Assembly (NCBI GenBank): GCA_963707955.1
Contig: OY970176.1
Span: 736,001-800,000 of the forward strand
Source: Candidatus Bathyarchaeota archaeon
Lineage (GTDB): Archaea > Thermoproteota > Bathyarchaeia > Bathyarchaeales > Bathycorpusculaceae
DNA length: 64,000 bases
Reading direction: 5' to 3'
The notes under the pieces were generated by a model. That model was not told where the DNA came from. It did no database searches and saw nothing but the letters and a program-made list of their open reading frames with translations. Shown here one piece after another: positions 20,797 through 31,455 of this stretch (the stretch's first letter is position 1; the number at the start of each line of letters is the position of its first letter). A program made the translations under genes and the position numbers.

Positions 20797-21031
20797 AGAA
20801 TTCCCTATATGTTGAAGAACGTGTTATAAGTTTTTTGCAAATCTTCAACCTTCTCTGCTCGGTGCAACTGGAAAGTGTTCTTCGTCCACAGAGAAAAGTG
20901 GACTTTATTGTCCGCTGGCCATGTTCAAGCTGAGGTTGAGGGGGTTAAGGAGAAAACGGAAGGTTATGGCTGAGTGATTTCAGCAAAGCTTTTCCTCTCG
21001 TAGTGCGCAGGGTTGTCTTCAGAGGGTTCAT

Positions 21032-22135
21032 ATGGGAATCCGACAGGTTGAGGTTTATCAGGTTACTTTGAAGTATAGGGAACCTTTCCGCATTGCTCCG
21101 GGGGTGAGCACCGAGGCTAACAACGTTGTTGTGAAGCTGGTCACAGATTATGGTGTAATCGGTTGGGGTGAGTCTTCTCCGTCGAAGAGGGTGACAGGTG
21201 AAACGGCGGAGACAGTGGCCAGAACCCTGGACAAGATTGGGCCAAAGCTCATTCGATTGTGCCCGTTAAGGATCGAGCAGGATGTTGAATTGATGGACAC
21301 TATTGTTGAGGGAAATCCTGCGGCGAAAGCAGCAGTGGACATGGCGCTGCATGATGTTTTGGGGAAAACGGTTGGGAAAGCATTGTTCATGCTTATTGGG
21401 GGTTATCGGACTGAAGTTGTGACGGACGTAACGTTGGGCATCAAATCCGCGAAGGACATGGCTGTCGATGCTGCCAAGGCTGTTAGGAAAGGTTTCAGGG
21501 CGCTGAAAGTGAAGTTGGGCACCGACCCTGCTGAGGATGTTGAACGTGTGAGGACAGTTCGTGAAGCAGCAGGTGACGATGTGCAGATTAGGGTTGACGC
21601 TAACCAAGGCTGGACAGTTAAACAGGCTGTTGACGTGCTCAACAAGATTGAAAAGTTCAAGATACAGTTTGCAGAGCAGCCGGTTTCTGCGGAGGACGTC
21701 AAGGGCTTGCGTGAAGTCAGGAGGAACTCGCCTGTGCCGATCATGGCTGATGAGAGTGTTCACACGCCCCGAGATGCTCTGCGGCTCATACGCGCGGAAG
21801 CGGTTGACCTGATAAATATCAAATTGATGAAGTGCGGCGGAATTCTCAACGGGAGGAAAATCGCTGAGGTCGCTGAGGCTGCCGGGGTTCCCTGCATGAT
21901 TGGATGCATGAGCGAGTCTGAAATCGGCATAGCCGCGGCTGCCCACTTGGCCGCAGGGGTTAAAAACATTCAGTACGCAGACTTGGATTCGGACCTTCTG
22001 CTTAAAGACAGACTGGTCAAGAAAGGCGGCCTAAGCGTCAAGGATTCTGCGAGAACATTCTCAAAGGGATGCGGCTTAGGCGTGGAAGAAATAGACGCTC
22101 AGCTTCTGGGAAAACCTTTGAAGATATACAAGTAG
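21032..22135 (+). CDS. Dipeptide (L-Ala-D/L-Glu) epimerase, enolase superfamily
   Basis: KVK, DANQGW, EQP, ADES, NIKLMK, GCM and DLD motifs. Confidence 0.92.
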   Translation: MGIRQVEVYQVTLKYREPFRIAPGVSTEANNVVVKLVTDYGVIGWGESSPSKRVTGETAETVARTLDKIGPKLIRLCPLRIEQDVELMDTIVEGNPAAKAAVDMALHDVLGKTVGKALFMLIGGYRTEVVTDVTLGIKSAKDMAVDAAKAVRKGFRALKVKLGTDPAEDVERVRTVREAAGDDVQIRVDANQGWTVKQAVDVLNKIEKFKIQFAEQPVSAEDVKGLREVRRNSPVPIMADESVHTPRDALRLIRAEAVDLINIKLMKCGGILNGRKIAEVAEAAGVPCMIGCMSESEIGIAAAAHLAAGVKNIQYADLDSDLLLKDRLVKKGGLSVKDSARTFSKGCGLGVEEIDAQLLGKPLKIYK

Positions 22136-22154
22136 TACCTGCTTTCGGTTCCGT

Positions 22155-22231
22155 GTCTTGCCCCTGTGCTGCGACTTAAACTTCGCAGTTTTCTCGTCCA
22201 TCGTCATCCCGCAAACAGGATCCGTAACCAT
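22155..22231 (-). pseudogene. Truncated YHS-domain gene
   Basis: MVTDPVCGMTMDEKTAKFKSQHRGKT, then loss of the expected YYFCS..C half. Confidence 0.6.
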
Positions 22232-22527
22232 GCACCGCTTTTTGTGACCCGCGTCAGTTTTCAAAGTCCCCCCCGTTTTTTGGTAACGTGTGTGGTAATG
22301 TTGTGTGGTAACGATTCTTGAAGAAGCAGGCAGGTGTGTGGGTCGATGCGTAGGTCTGGGAAGCTTACCAGGATCTTTGCAGCCGTGAAAAGCTGCGGCC
22401 GTCTAAGCCGATAGAAGAGTATCTTAGGCTTACTCTGCGGAACGGATATGAGAAGCGTGGTCTGAACAATCGGTCGAATCATTTGAGAGAGCAAATCATT
22501 TTAGACTAAGGCTTCTTTGTTGATTGC

Positions 22528-23022
22528 ATGAATCCACGATTCGAGAAGCATGTTGTAGAGACGATGAGGAAAATGGAAGATCCTGGGTTGCTTTTGGTGA
22601 GTGCGAAGAAAGATGGGAAAAACAATGTGATGACGGTTGGTTGGGGGCTCGTGGGCGTTTTCTGGAGGGTGCCAGTTTTTATGGTGGCCGTGAGGCCTTC
22701 GCGGTTCAGTCACGAATTTGTCGAGGAGACCGGCGAGTTTACGGTGAATGTTCCCGGCGAAGGCATGGATAGTGTTGTTGAGTACTGTAGCAAAGTGTCC
22801 GGAAGGAAACACGACAAGTTTGCGGAGCGCAAACTGAGTTTGCTGAAAGGCAAGAAGGTGCGGGTGCCTGTGATCAAGGAGTGCAAGATACATTACGAGT
22901 GTCAAGTCATGCACAAGCTTGAGGTTGTTCCAAGTTTAGTTCCTGCAAACGTCAAGAAGACCCTCTATCCGCGTGGTGACCACCACACGATATACTTTGG
23001 AAAGATCGTTGCAGTCTACTGA
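22528..23022 (+). CDS. Flavin reductase family protein
   Basis: NVMTVGW, VRPSRFS, GEFTVNV, SGRKHDKF and DHHTIYFGKI. Confidence 0.9.
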   Translation: MNPRFEKHVVETMRKMEDPGLLLVSAKKDGKNNVMTVGWGLVGVFWRVPVFMVAVRPSRFSHEFVEETGEFTVNVPGEGMDSVVEYCSKVSGRKHDKFAERKLSLLKGKKVRVPVIKECKIHYECQVMHKLEVVPSLVPANVKKTLYPRGDHHTIYFGKIVAVY

Positions 23023-23177
23023 GCACACGTGTTCAAGACGGATCTGGTTTCTAACCGGCGAAGGGTAGCGCTTACTATACAAGCGTCTGATCTTTGATCT
23101 AAAGGCCGAAGATTTATTACGTATGCTGCTTTATGTGTGCAAAGGAACCATTTGGTTCAATACATGTGTGTGACGGT

Positions 23178-23573
23178 ATGAAGGGCAAGACGATACGGCA
23201 GAAGGTGGTAATTCCTGCCACGCCAAACGAGGTTTATGAGGCCTTTGTTGACCCGAAGAAGCATTCTAAGTTCACCGGCAGCAGGGCAACCTTCGATCCC
23301 GAGGTCGGCGGAGAGTTTACAGCATGGGATGGCTACATATCGGGAAAGAACTTGGAGCTGAAGAAGGGAAAGAGGATAGTGCAGGAGTGGCTGACGACAG
23401 AATGGCCCAAAGGTTTTCCTTCTTCCAGACTGGAGTTAACTCTCAGGAAGACAGAAGAAGGCACTGAGATCTCGATGGTTCATTCTGGGGTTCCTGCTGA
23501 ACAGGTTGAAGACATTCTGCAAGGTTGGAATGAATTTTACTGGGAGCCCTTGAAGGAGTTTTTTAAAAAGTGA
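23178..23573 (+). CDS. SRPBCC/AHSA1-like protein
   Basis: VYEA..D, GGEFTAWDG, IVQEW and GW..FYW. Confidence 0.9.
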   Translation: MKGKTIRQKVVIPATPNEVYEAFVDPKKHSKFTGSRATFDPEVGGEFTAWDGYISGKNLELKKGKRIVQEWLTTEWPKGFPSSRLELTLRKTEEGTEISMVHSGVPAEQVEDILQGWNEFYWEPLKEFFKK

Positions 23574-23692
23574 ATGGCGCATGGGTCTTGCAGTCTGACC
23601 GAAACCGACCTTTGCACAGAAAATTTAAACCGGCTAATTGACACGGCTAATTTGAGCTTGCGGCGTCTAACATCAAGGATAAGTGTTCTTGG

Positions 23693-24562
23693 ATGTCTTC
23701 AAGCTTGTCTCACGTTTGGAAGTCTGAACTCAACTTGCCCCAAGCAGGAATGCACACTTTTCCATTTTCAAGTTCCGCGTCTTTCCGGATCTATTCAAGC
23801 ACGGAGCCGCACAACTGGAAGATACGTGATTTGCAGAAAGGCTTGATCCTCGTCTACAACGGGACAGAGACGGTTGGAGAAGGAACAGGTTTCGGGGTTC
23901 CCGTTCTCGTCTATTCAGACGAAACGTATTTTTCAGGGTCTTCAAAAGTAGACGTTTCTCAGAGTGATGGATCTCGCACAGTTTGTAAAGAGTTTGTGAT
24001 GGACAGGGTTACCAGAAACAGGTTTAGAAATGTAACGCTGGAAAACAGGATAGCCCGCAGGTTTTTCACGCGGCTGGCGGACGTTTACCAAACGCATCCT
24101 AAACTTCGGTCTCTAACGTTGAAAGACCTGACTGGAAAGATGGATGTCGACACGACTTTTTTGAAGGCAATTTCAAGGGGTAAGGTCGTTGTCACTTATA
24201 CGATGGGTGGACCCCGTGTTGTGGTGAAGGCGGATTTCAGGGATTTAGAGAGGAGGGGACTTCAAAAGATTTTCATGCTGAACGAGCAGGGGTCGAAGTT
24301 TTTCAGGGAATACGAAGATTCTGAGGGCGCAGAATTGGTGGACACGCATATAGGTGCTTGGGACGGAATAAGCGCAAAATGGGGTTGTCTGAAAATTCTG
24401 AACGGTGAGTTTGGCTTTCGCCTGTGGAGGGTTGAAGACAGTTTGTTGCGCAGAGGTCGCGAGTTTCTGGAGGGTTCTCTGGATTGGGTTGGCTTGGACT
24501 ACGAGGTTAATCCCCGGATGGATGTTTTCGAGTATGTAATTGAGGTTCTGGACGTGCGATAA
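23693..24562 (+). CDS. Hypothetical protein coupled to the radical SAM gene
   Basis: 289-aa ORF ending 3 nt before the next start; GEGTGFGVP, MLNEQG and RRGRE motifs. Confidence 0.8.
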   Translation: MSSSLSHVWKSELNLPQAGMHTFPFSSSASFRIYSSTEPHNWKIRDLQKGLILVYNGTETVGEGTGFGVPVLVYSDETYFSGSSKVDVSQSDGSRTVCKEFVMDRVTRNRFRNVTLENRIARRFFTRLADVYQTHPKLRSLTLKDLTGKMDVDTTFLKAISRGKVVVTYTMGGPRVVVKADFRDLERRGLQKIFMLNEQGSKFFREYEDSEGAELVDTHIGAWDGISAKWGCLKILNGEFGFRLWRVEDSLLRRGREFLEGSLDWVGLDYEVNPRMDVFEYVIEVLDVR

Positions 24563-24565
24563 ACG

Positions 24566-25924
24566 TTGACGATGGTGACGTTGGTCTATCCGTATTTTCA
24601 ACCTTCGGCGGATAATTCGATTTTCCGATTTCCGCCTTTGGGGTTAGGCTACATAGCTTCATATTTGAAGAGTCACGGCATTTCAGTTGACGTGGTCGAT
24701 TGCACCTTCATGAACCAAGAGGAGGCGTTGGAAAAGATCAGGAGTTCTAACCCGAAGATAATCGGGTTGCAAGCGATGTTTTCGATGAAGGAAAAAGCTC
24801 TTGAAATCGCTGAACTCGCTAAGAAAGACTCTGCACTTCTCGTTGCAGGCGGACCGCTTCCAACAGTTGAACCTGAAGAGTTCCTCTCGACTTTTGACGT
24901 TGTCGTCATTGGCGAAGGCGAACAGACCATGCTTGAACTGGTCCATGCAGTCCAAGGTGGCACTAGTCTGATGAACGTGAGGGGAATTGCGTTTAAGGAA
25001 AAAGGCGAGGTCAAGGTGACTTCACCTCGGAGTTTCATCGAGAACCTTGATGATATTCCGTTCCCGTCCAGAGAACTGTTCGACAACCAAGCCTACAAGA
25101 ATTACTACTCAAGGAACTTCGGTTACACAACAACGTCGATTTTAACCTCTCGAGGCTGCCCGTTCAAATGTGATTTCTGCAGCAGGCCGATATTTGGAAA
25201 CAGGTTCAGGTCAAGAACGCCCGCCAACGTCGCTCAGGAAGTTGAAACAGTCCATGAACTCGGCTACGAGAGAGTATGGTTCGCCGATGACTGCTTCACG
25301 TTAGACCGAAAGAGAATGCTCAACATCTGCGACGAGCTGGTTCGCAGACGCATCACCATCGGCTGGGAATGCCTGTCAAGAGTTGACACTGTAGACTTGG
25401 AAGTTGCTGAGAGGATGAAGCAAGCAGGATGTGTCCGCGTGTTTTTCGGAATAGAATCTGGCAATGAAAAAGTCCTCGAAATCATGAACAAACAAGCGAC
25501 CACAAAACAGGCTATTGACGCGGTATGCATTTTCAAGAAGGTTGGAGTCCAAGTCGGCGCGTTTTTCATAATAGGTTACCCTGGTGAAAACGATGAGACA
25601 GTTCTGGAAACCGTAAATTTTGCGTCCTCTCTTCCCCTAGATTACCTGTCCTTTACATTTCCCTATCCTATTCCAGGAACACCGCTCTTCGAAAGGGTAA
25701 GAGACAGGATGAATTCTGACGATTGGAAGGAGCCTGAAGGGTTTCATCTCATAAAGCACAAAATGCTTTTTCGATCTCCTTTTTCTGAGACCAAACTCAA
25801 GTTTGCAATCTTCAAAGGAATGTCACAGTATTATTTGAGGAAATATATGGGCAAAAGAGCCTACAGGTCAGTGGGCAGCCTTTATGAACGTCTCACGGAT
25901 GCTGTATACAGAATCTTGAATTGA
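24566..25924 (+). CDS. Cobalamin-binding radical SAM enzyme
   Basis: PPLGLGYIAS, GGP.PT, GEGE, SRGCPFKCDFC and GIESG. Confidence 0.93.
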   Translation: MTMVTLVYPYFQPSADNSIFRFPPLGLGYIASYLKSHGISVDVVDCTFMNQEEALEKIRSSNPKIIGLQAMFSMKEKALEIAELAKKDSALLVAGGPLPTVEPEEFLSTFDVVVIGEGEQTMLELVHAVQGGTSLMNVRGIAFKEKGEVKVTSPRSFIENLDDIPFPSRELFDNQAYKNYYSRNFGYTTTSILTSRGCPFKCDFCSRPIFGNRFRSRTPANVAQEVETVHELGYERVWFADDCFTLDRKRMLNICDELVRRRITIGWECLSRVDTVDLEVAERMKQAGCVRVFFGIESGNEKVLEIMNKQATTKQAIDAVCIFKKVGVQVGAFFIIGYPGENDETVLETVNFASSLPLDYLSFTFPYPIPGTPLFERVRDRMNSDDWKEPEGFHLIKHKMLFRSPFSETKLKFAIFKGMSQYYLRKYMGKRAYRSVGSLYERLTDAVYRILN

Positions 25925-26054
25925 GTTATCGCACTCGACCTTCCCAACAGGGTACATTAATAATTCGATTTCTGTTCAGGCGTCCCTTCAGATTCAAGCG
26001 TGCGTCAGTTTGTACGGTGAGAAAGCGATATTACTCGGGCCGCGCTTCCAGGTT

Positions 26055-26291
26055 TCATTCATCTAATTCCGTGTATATCCTGTCCAGCCTCAGGCTTGCT
26101 TTTTTTCCAGCGAGTCTAAGTAGAACGTAGTGCAGAGTCTCATGAACTATTATGTTCTCGATCTCGCCTTCGTACAGTCCACCAAAAATGTAGACGATTC
26201 CATAACCTGCGTCGAAAACCCCGTGAATTGGGGGAAACTGGAAGACAAATTTCAGTGACTTGGCCATTGCTAGTCCCTCGTCATGCGGCAT
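26055..26291 (-). CDS. Small hypothetical protein with HExxH motif
   Basis: IIVHETLHYVL in a 78-aa ORF. Confidence 0.5.
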   Translation of the reverse strand: MPHDEGLAMAKSLKFVFQFPPIHGVFDAGYGIVYIFGGLYEGEIENIIVHETLHYVLLRLAGKKASLRLDRIYTELDE

Positions 26292-26462
26292 TCTTGGTTT
26301 TTCTTCAAAACAACTAAGAGCAGGGTTCAGTATAAGTGGGATATTTCAGTCTGCAAAATATATCGGGTTCCTCAGGAACAATGGTTAAATAGAATGCCCT
26401 TATCATTTGCAGGATTGGTGCTTCGAAAATGGGGTATTTAGAAACACAACCGTAAACGCGTT

Positions 26463-27728
26463 TTGAAGCGCAGTGGACACCCCGTAGAACCCGTGAATGT
26501 TTTAGATAAAAAGCGTAAGGAAAGAGTGATTTCAAGTGCAGACCACCGAGTGCTAGGGCAACAGTTGGATCTGTTTTCGATAAGCGAGGACGTTGGATCT
26601 GGATTGGTGCTGTGGCATCCGAACGGCACCATCGTCCGCAACTTGATCAGAGACTACTGGGAGAGTGAACATCTGCAGAACGGCTATCAGCTCGTGTGCA
26701 CGCCGCACATTGCACGTAGAGAACTGTGGCAAGTCTCGGGACACTTGGATTATTACAAGGACAACATGTACGTGTTTGAAAAGGACATGGAAGGCTACGT
26801 TGTTAAGCCAATGAACTGCCCACTTCACATCGCGATCTACAAGAGCAAGCGAAGAAGCTACAGAGAACTGCCTATTCGCTACGCCGAGTGGGGAACGGTG
26901 TACAGATACGAGCGCTCAGGAACGCTGCAGGGACTGCTACGAGTGAGAGGGTTCACACAGGACGACGCGCACATCTTCTGCACGGCCGAACAGGTCACAC
27001 AGGAAATCCTAAACCTGCTCGACTTCACAAGGCACGTGATGCAAAGGTTTGGCTTCGAGAAACACCGCGTCTACCTTTCGACCCGCGACCCAGAACATCC
27101 CGAGAGGTACATGGGCTCAAGCAAGGAATGGACCGATGCCCAGAATGCTCTCGCAAAAGCACTGGAAAAGAAGCAAATCGCTTACAAGGAGATGCCCGGC
27201 GAAGCCGTGTTCTACGGACCGAAGATAGACATGAACATCGTCGACGCAGCAGACAAGGAGTGGCAGTGCACGACTTTGCAGTTTGATTTCAACCTTCCCA
27301 AGCGGTTCAACGTTACCTACGTCGGCGCAGACAACAAGCAACACGGAGTCATAATGATTCACAGGGTGCTACTTGGTTCTGTTGAAAGGTTCTTCGCGAT
27401 ACTGTTGGAGCACTTTGGCGGCAGCCTGCCAGCTTGGCTTGCACCCGTTCAGGTTGAGGTTATCCCCGTGACAGACGATTGCCTAGAGTATGCTGGCGCA
27501 GTTTGTGCGGAGCTAAGGGCTCGCCAGGTGAGGGCAGAGGTTGACGAAAGTCCTACCACTGTTGGCTACAAGATCAGGACCGCGGAGGTTCGAAAGGTTC
27601 CCTACATGGCCATAGTCGGCAAACGCGAAGTCGAAGAGCAAAAGGTGTCGGTCAGGAAACACGGGACAGGAAAAGTCGGCTCAATGACTGCTGGCGAACT
27701 GGCCACACACATCAGAAGAATCGAGTGA
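26463..27728 (+). CDS. thrS: Threonyl-tRNA synthetase, catalytic and anticodon domains only
   Basis: DHRVLG, KPMNCP.H, YRYE.SG.L.GL.RVRGFTQDDAH, FYGPKID and IHR..LGS.ERF; no N-terminal editing domain; start uncertain. Confidence 0.93.
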   Translation: MKRSGHPVEPVNVLDKKRKERVISSADHRVLGQQLDLFSISEDVGSGLVLWHPNGTIVRNLIRDYWESEHLQNGYQLVCTPHIARRELWQVSGHLDYYKDNMYVFEKDMEGYVVKPMNCPLHIAIYKSKRRSYRELPIRYAEWGTVYRYERSGTLQGLLRVRGFTQDDAHIFCTAEQVTQEILNLLDFTRHVMQRFGFEKHRVYLSTRDPEHPERYMGSSKEWTDAQNALAKALEKKQIAYKEMPGEAVFYGPKIDMNIVDAADKEWQCTTLQFDFNLPKRFNVTYVGADNKQHGVIMIHRVLLGSVERFFAILLEHFGGSLPAWLAPVQVEVIPVTDDCLEYAGAVCAELRARQVRAEVDESPTTVGYKIRTAEVRKVPYMAIVGKREVEEQKVSVRKHGTGKVGSMTAGELATHIRRIE

Positions 27729-27754
27729 CGGCCCTGAGGGCCCTTGATGATTGG

Positions 27755-28219
27755 TCAAAGCCTATTGATCTCTTCGATCGCCCTCAGAACTTCTTCGGAG
27801 TGTTGCTTCACGTCGACCTTGGGGAAAATGCGAGCGATCTTTCCCTCTTTGTTTATTATGAAGGTGACCCTTTTTGCTATGAACCCTCCGAATCCGAGGA
27901 CGCCGTAGGCTTTGGCAACTTCCTTTTTGCTGTCGCTCAGTATGTCAAAGGGAAGGTTGTATTTTTGTGAGAACCTCTCATGCGATTCTACGCTGTCAAC
28001 GCTGACCCCGATCACGATGGCGCCCTTTTCTTCGAAAGGCTTGTAGTTATCCCTGAAGGTGCATGCTTCAGTCGTGCAACCGGGCGTAAAGTCTTTTGGA
28101 TAGAAGTACAGAACCACGACGTTTTTTCCGAGGAAGTCTTTTAGACTCACCGGTCGACCCTTTTCGTCCAACAGAGAGAAGTCTGGGGCTGTGTCGCCAA
28201 CTTTCAGCTCAGTCAACAA
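27755..28219 (-). CDS. bcp: Peroxiredoxin, BCP/PrxQ type
   Basis: YFYPKDFTPGCTTEAC. Confidence 0.93.
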   Translation of the reverse strand: MLTELKVGDTAPDFSLLDEKGRPVSLKDFLGKNVVVLYFYPKDFTPGCTTEACTFRDNYKPFEEKGAIVIGVSVDSVESHERFSQKYNLPFDILSDSKKEVAKAYGVLGFGGFIAKRVTFIINKEGKIARIFPKVDVKQHSEEVLRAIEEINRL

Positions 28220-28419
28220 GTTCTACCTCAGTGAAACAGTGTCTCGTTTACAGATTTAGGTTTTCTGGCTTCCCGTTGGTGAATTCTTGTCGATTTGTCC
28301 TTCCTTCTGTGATCGACCTTCCTTTAGCGCGCGCAGGTTTTTGGGTGGGTATTTTGGTGGTTGCTGTGTAATTCTAATATAGCAATTCGTTCCAAGGTAT
28401 GTGCGGGTTGTGAATTCGT

Positions 28420-28893
28420 ATGGTGACGTTGACTGATTGGGCTGCGATTCTTTCAGCCTTGGCCGGTGTGTCTGCAACGGTGTTTATTCTTCTTCAGCTT
28501 AGGCACATGGAGCAGCATAGAAACCTTGAGGTTTCTATGAAGTTGTTCGAGTGGGCGGAGAGCGAGAGACTTCGTAAAGCTTTCAGGTGGATCGAGGAGG
28601 AGTTTCAGTTTGAGAATTACGAGAAGTACAAGGCTGAAGAAGCCAAGAGTTTCGAAGTGAGCGACTATCCCTATGAGGTTGAAGCCTATTTTGAGGAGGT
28701 TGGTTTTCTCGTCGTCAAAAAGTTCGTTGACCTTGACATAATCGTTGACCGCCTCGGCTCTTACATCATCGCGGTCTGGAAGAAGCTGGAACCATGGATT
28801 TTGGCCCTTAGAAAAGAGAGGGGGGACCAAACGTTCGGTGAACACTTCCAGAAACTGTATCAAAAAACAGTCGAATCCATGGAAGAGGGTTGA
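28420..28893 (+). CDS. DUF4760-like membrane-anchored protein
   Basis: N-terminal TM helix; YFEEVG.LV and W.KL.PWI...R....F.LY pattern. Confidence 0.75.
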   Translation: MVTLTDWAAILSALAGVSATVFILLQLRHMEQHRNLEVSMKLFEWAESERLRKAFRWIEEEFQFENYEKYKAEEAKSFEVSDYPYEVEAYFEEVGFLVVKKFVDLDIIVDRLGSYIIAVWKKLEPWILALRKERGDQTFGEHFQKLYQKTVESMEEG

Positions 28894-28977
28894 AAAGGAG
28901 AAGACGCGCGTGCTGAAACATATATATTTCTGTTTGCATACGCTAGAAAACTAGCCGGCTATATGGGGATTACTCAA

Positions 28978-29520
28978 ATGGGCGAAGAGCAGGAAGAACA
29001 ACCAAAGAGCGATGAACAAATCGAATCGCTCAAAGAGGCGCTGGAAACGGAGAAAAAGCGTTCAGAAGAGTACCTTACGCAACTGAAGTATGCCCAAGCA
29101 GACATCGAGAATCTCAAGAAGAGGTTCGACCGACAAGTAGCTGAAGTGAAGGAGTACGCTAATGAACGCATAGTAATTGAACTGTTGGATGTCGTTGATG
29201 AGTTGGAGTTGGCCATCAAATCTGGCCGCTCTTCAGGCTCAACGGAAGCGCTCATCCAAGGCGTTGAGATGACCCTCAAGAAGCTCCGAAAAATCTTGGA
29301 AAACGAGGGCGTCGCGCCGATAAAGTGCATAGGTGAACCTTTCGACCCTTCAAAACACAACGCTGTTGCCAAAATTGAAAAGGAAGGCGTCGATGGGTGT
29401 AAGATAGTTGAAGAAGTGAGGAAGGGCTATACGATGAGAGAAAAGGTGATTAGACCGAGCATAGTTAAGGTTGTGGTGAAACCTTCAAAGTCACAAGAGG
29501 AGATGAATTCAAATGAGTAG
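28978..29520 (+). CDS. grpE: Nucleotide exchange factor GrpE
   Basis: ADIEN.KKR, LL.VVDELE, FDP..HNA and KGY.M..KVIRP. Confidence 0.95.
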   Translation: MGEEQEEQPKSDEQIESLKEALETEKKRSEEYLTQLKYAQADIENLKKRFDRQVAEVKEYANERIVIELLDVVDELELAIKSGRSSGSTEALIQGVEMTLKKLRKILENEGVAPIKCIGEPFDPSKHNAVAKIEKEGVDGCKIVEEVRKGYTMREKVIRPSIVKVVVKPSKSQEEMNSNE

Positions 29521-31402
29521 TGTGAAACCCGGGGAAAGAATTCTGGGCATAGACTTGGGAACAACAAACTCTGCGGCCGCCATCTATGAGGGCGGAAGGG
29601 CCACTGTGATCCCTAGTGCTGAAGGGCCTACAATGGCCGGCAAGATGTTTCCTTCAGTCGTCGCGTTCACCAAGGACGGCACGCTTCTAATCGGAGAATC
29701 AGCTAAGAGGCAGGCGACGGCGAATCCTGAAGGCACGATATATGAAATAAAAAGGAAAATGGGAACTGACTACAAAGTAACCATAGCGGGGAAGGAATAC
29801 ACTCCTCAACAGATCTCTGCCTTCATACTGCAGAAGATAAAGAAAGACGCTGAAACGTACTTGGCCACAACGCTAAGGAAGGCCGTTATAACGGTCCCCG
29901 CTCACTTCAATGATAACCAACGTCAAGCCACGAAAGATGCAGGAGAGATAGCTGGCTTCGAAGTCGCGAGGATAATAAACGAGCCGACCGCAGCCTGCTT
30001 GGCCTACGGGATCGACAAGCTGGAAAAAGAGATGAAGATTCTTGTTTTCAGCTTCGGCGGCGGCACACACGACGTTACGGTTATGGATTTCGGCAAAGGA
30101 GTCTTCCAAGTGCTCTCAACAAGCGGAGACACACAGATCGGCGGCACAGACTTGGACAAAGCAGTGATGGACTTCCTTATAGAAGAGTTCCAAAGACAAA
30201 CAGGCATAGACCTCCGAGGCGACAAGATGGCAATCTCTAGGCTGAAGGAGGCTGCTGAGAAAGCAAAGATAGAGTTGTCAACTCTGATGACCACAGACAT
30301 TGACCTGCCATTCTTACACACTGATTCCTCAGGACCCAAACACCTTCACCTCACGTTGTCCAGAGCCAAACTTGAAGCCCTAGCTCAACCGATAGTCCAG
30401 AAGACGGAGCGCACAATGGTGAAAGCCCTTGAAGACGCGAAGCTTAGTCCGAAAGACGTAGACAAGATAATTCTGATCGGCGGAATGACGAGGATGCCCT
30501 ACGTTCAGCGGTTTGTAGAGCAGATAATGGGGAAACCAGCAGAAAGAGGCGTAGACCCGATGGAATGCGTTGCAATCGGCGCAGCAATACAGGGAGCCGT
30601 GCTAACAGGAGAGGTTAAAGACCTTTTGCTTCTTGACGTTACCCCACTCTCACTCGGCGTCGAAACGCTTGGCCATGTGTTCACAAGAATCATGGAGAAA
30701 AACACCACGATCCCGACGAGGCGAAGCCAAGTATTCACGACGGCAGCAGACTTCCAAACAGCTGTTACAATTCATGTTCTTCAAGGTGAACGCCAAATGG
30801 CACCTGACAACGTTTCTCTCGGCATGTTCAATTTAGAAGGCATCCCACCATCTCCAAGAGGCGTACCGCAGATCGAGGTAACGTTCGACATCGACGCGAA
30901 CGGAATACTGAACGTGACAGCAAAGGATTTGGGCACAGGCAAGGAAGCGAAAATAACGATAACAGCCTCAACGAAGCTGTCTAAAGAAGAAAAGGAGCGG
31001 CTGATCAAAGACGCGGAGCAATTTGCCGAGCAAGACAAGAGGAAACGTGAAGAAGCTGAAGCCAGAAACAACGCTGACAACATGATCTACACAGCGGAGA
31101 AAACCAAGAAAGACCTAGGAGAGAAACTCAATCAGGAGCAAAAGAACAAGATAGACGCTGCAGTTTCGGCCCTGAAAGACGCACTGGCCGGAACAGACAC
31201 GGACAAGATCAAAGCAAAATCTGAAGAACTGATGAAAGTACTCCAAGAAGTCGGAACGGTGATATATCAGCAGGCAGCTGCTGAACAGGCAAAGCAGCAG
31301 GGACAGCAAGGACAACCTGGACAACCCGGCGGAGAAGCAACTCAAGAGCCTGGCCCAAGCGGAGACAAAGTGGTCGACTCAGAGGATTACAAGGTGAAAT
31401 AG
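29513..31402 (+). CDS. dnaK: Hsp70 chaperone DnaK
   Basis: [29 protein letters not shown] and [11 protein letters not shown]. Confidence 0.98.
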   Translation: MSSVKPGERILGIDLGTTNSAAAIYEGGRATVIPSAEGPTMAGKMFPSVVAFTKDGTLLIGESAKRQATANPEGTIYEIKRKMGTDYKVTIAGKEYTPQQISAFILQKIKKDAETYLATTLRKAVITVPAHFNDNQRQATKDAGEIAGFEVARIINEPTAACLAYGIDKLEKEMKILVFSFGGGTHDVTVMDFGKGVFQVLSTSGDTQIGGTDLDKAVMDFLIEEFQRQTGIDLRGDKMAISRLKEAAEKAKIELSTLMTTDIDLPFLHTDSSGPKHLHLTLSRAKLEALAQPIVQKTERTMVKALEDAKLSPKDVDKIILIGGMTRMPYVQRFVEQIMGKPAERGVDPMECVAIGAAIQGAVLTGEVKDLLLLDVTPLSLGVETLGHVFTRIMEKNTTIPTRRSQVFTTAADFQTAVTIHVLQGERQMAPDNVSLGMFNLEGIPPSPRGVPQIEVTFDIDANGILNVTAKDLGTGKEAKITITASTKLSKEEKERLIKDAEQFAEQDKRKREEAEARNNADNMIYTAEKTKKDLGEKLNQEQKNKIDAAVSALKDALAGTDTDKIKAKSEELMKVLQEVGTVIYQQAAAEQAKQQGQQGQPGQPGGEATQEPGPSGDKVVDSEDYKVK

Positions 31403-31455
31403 AGTTCTAGGCCGACCTGATCTAGAACCTGCATCACTAGTCTGATGGTAAGGAG

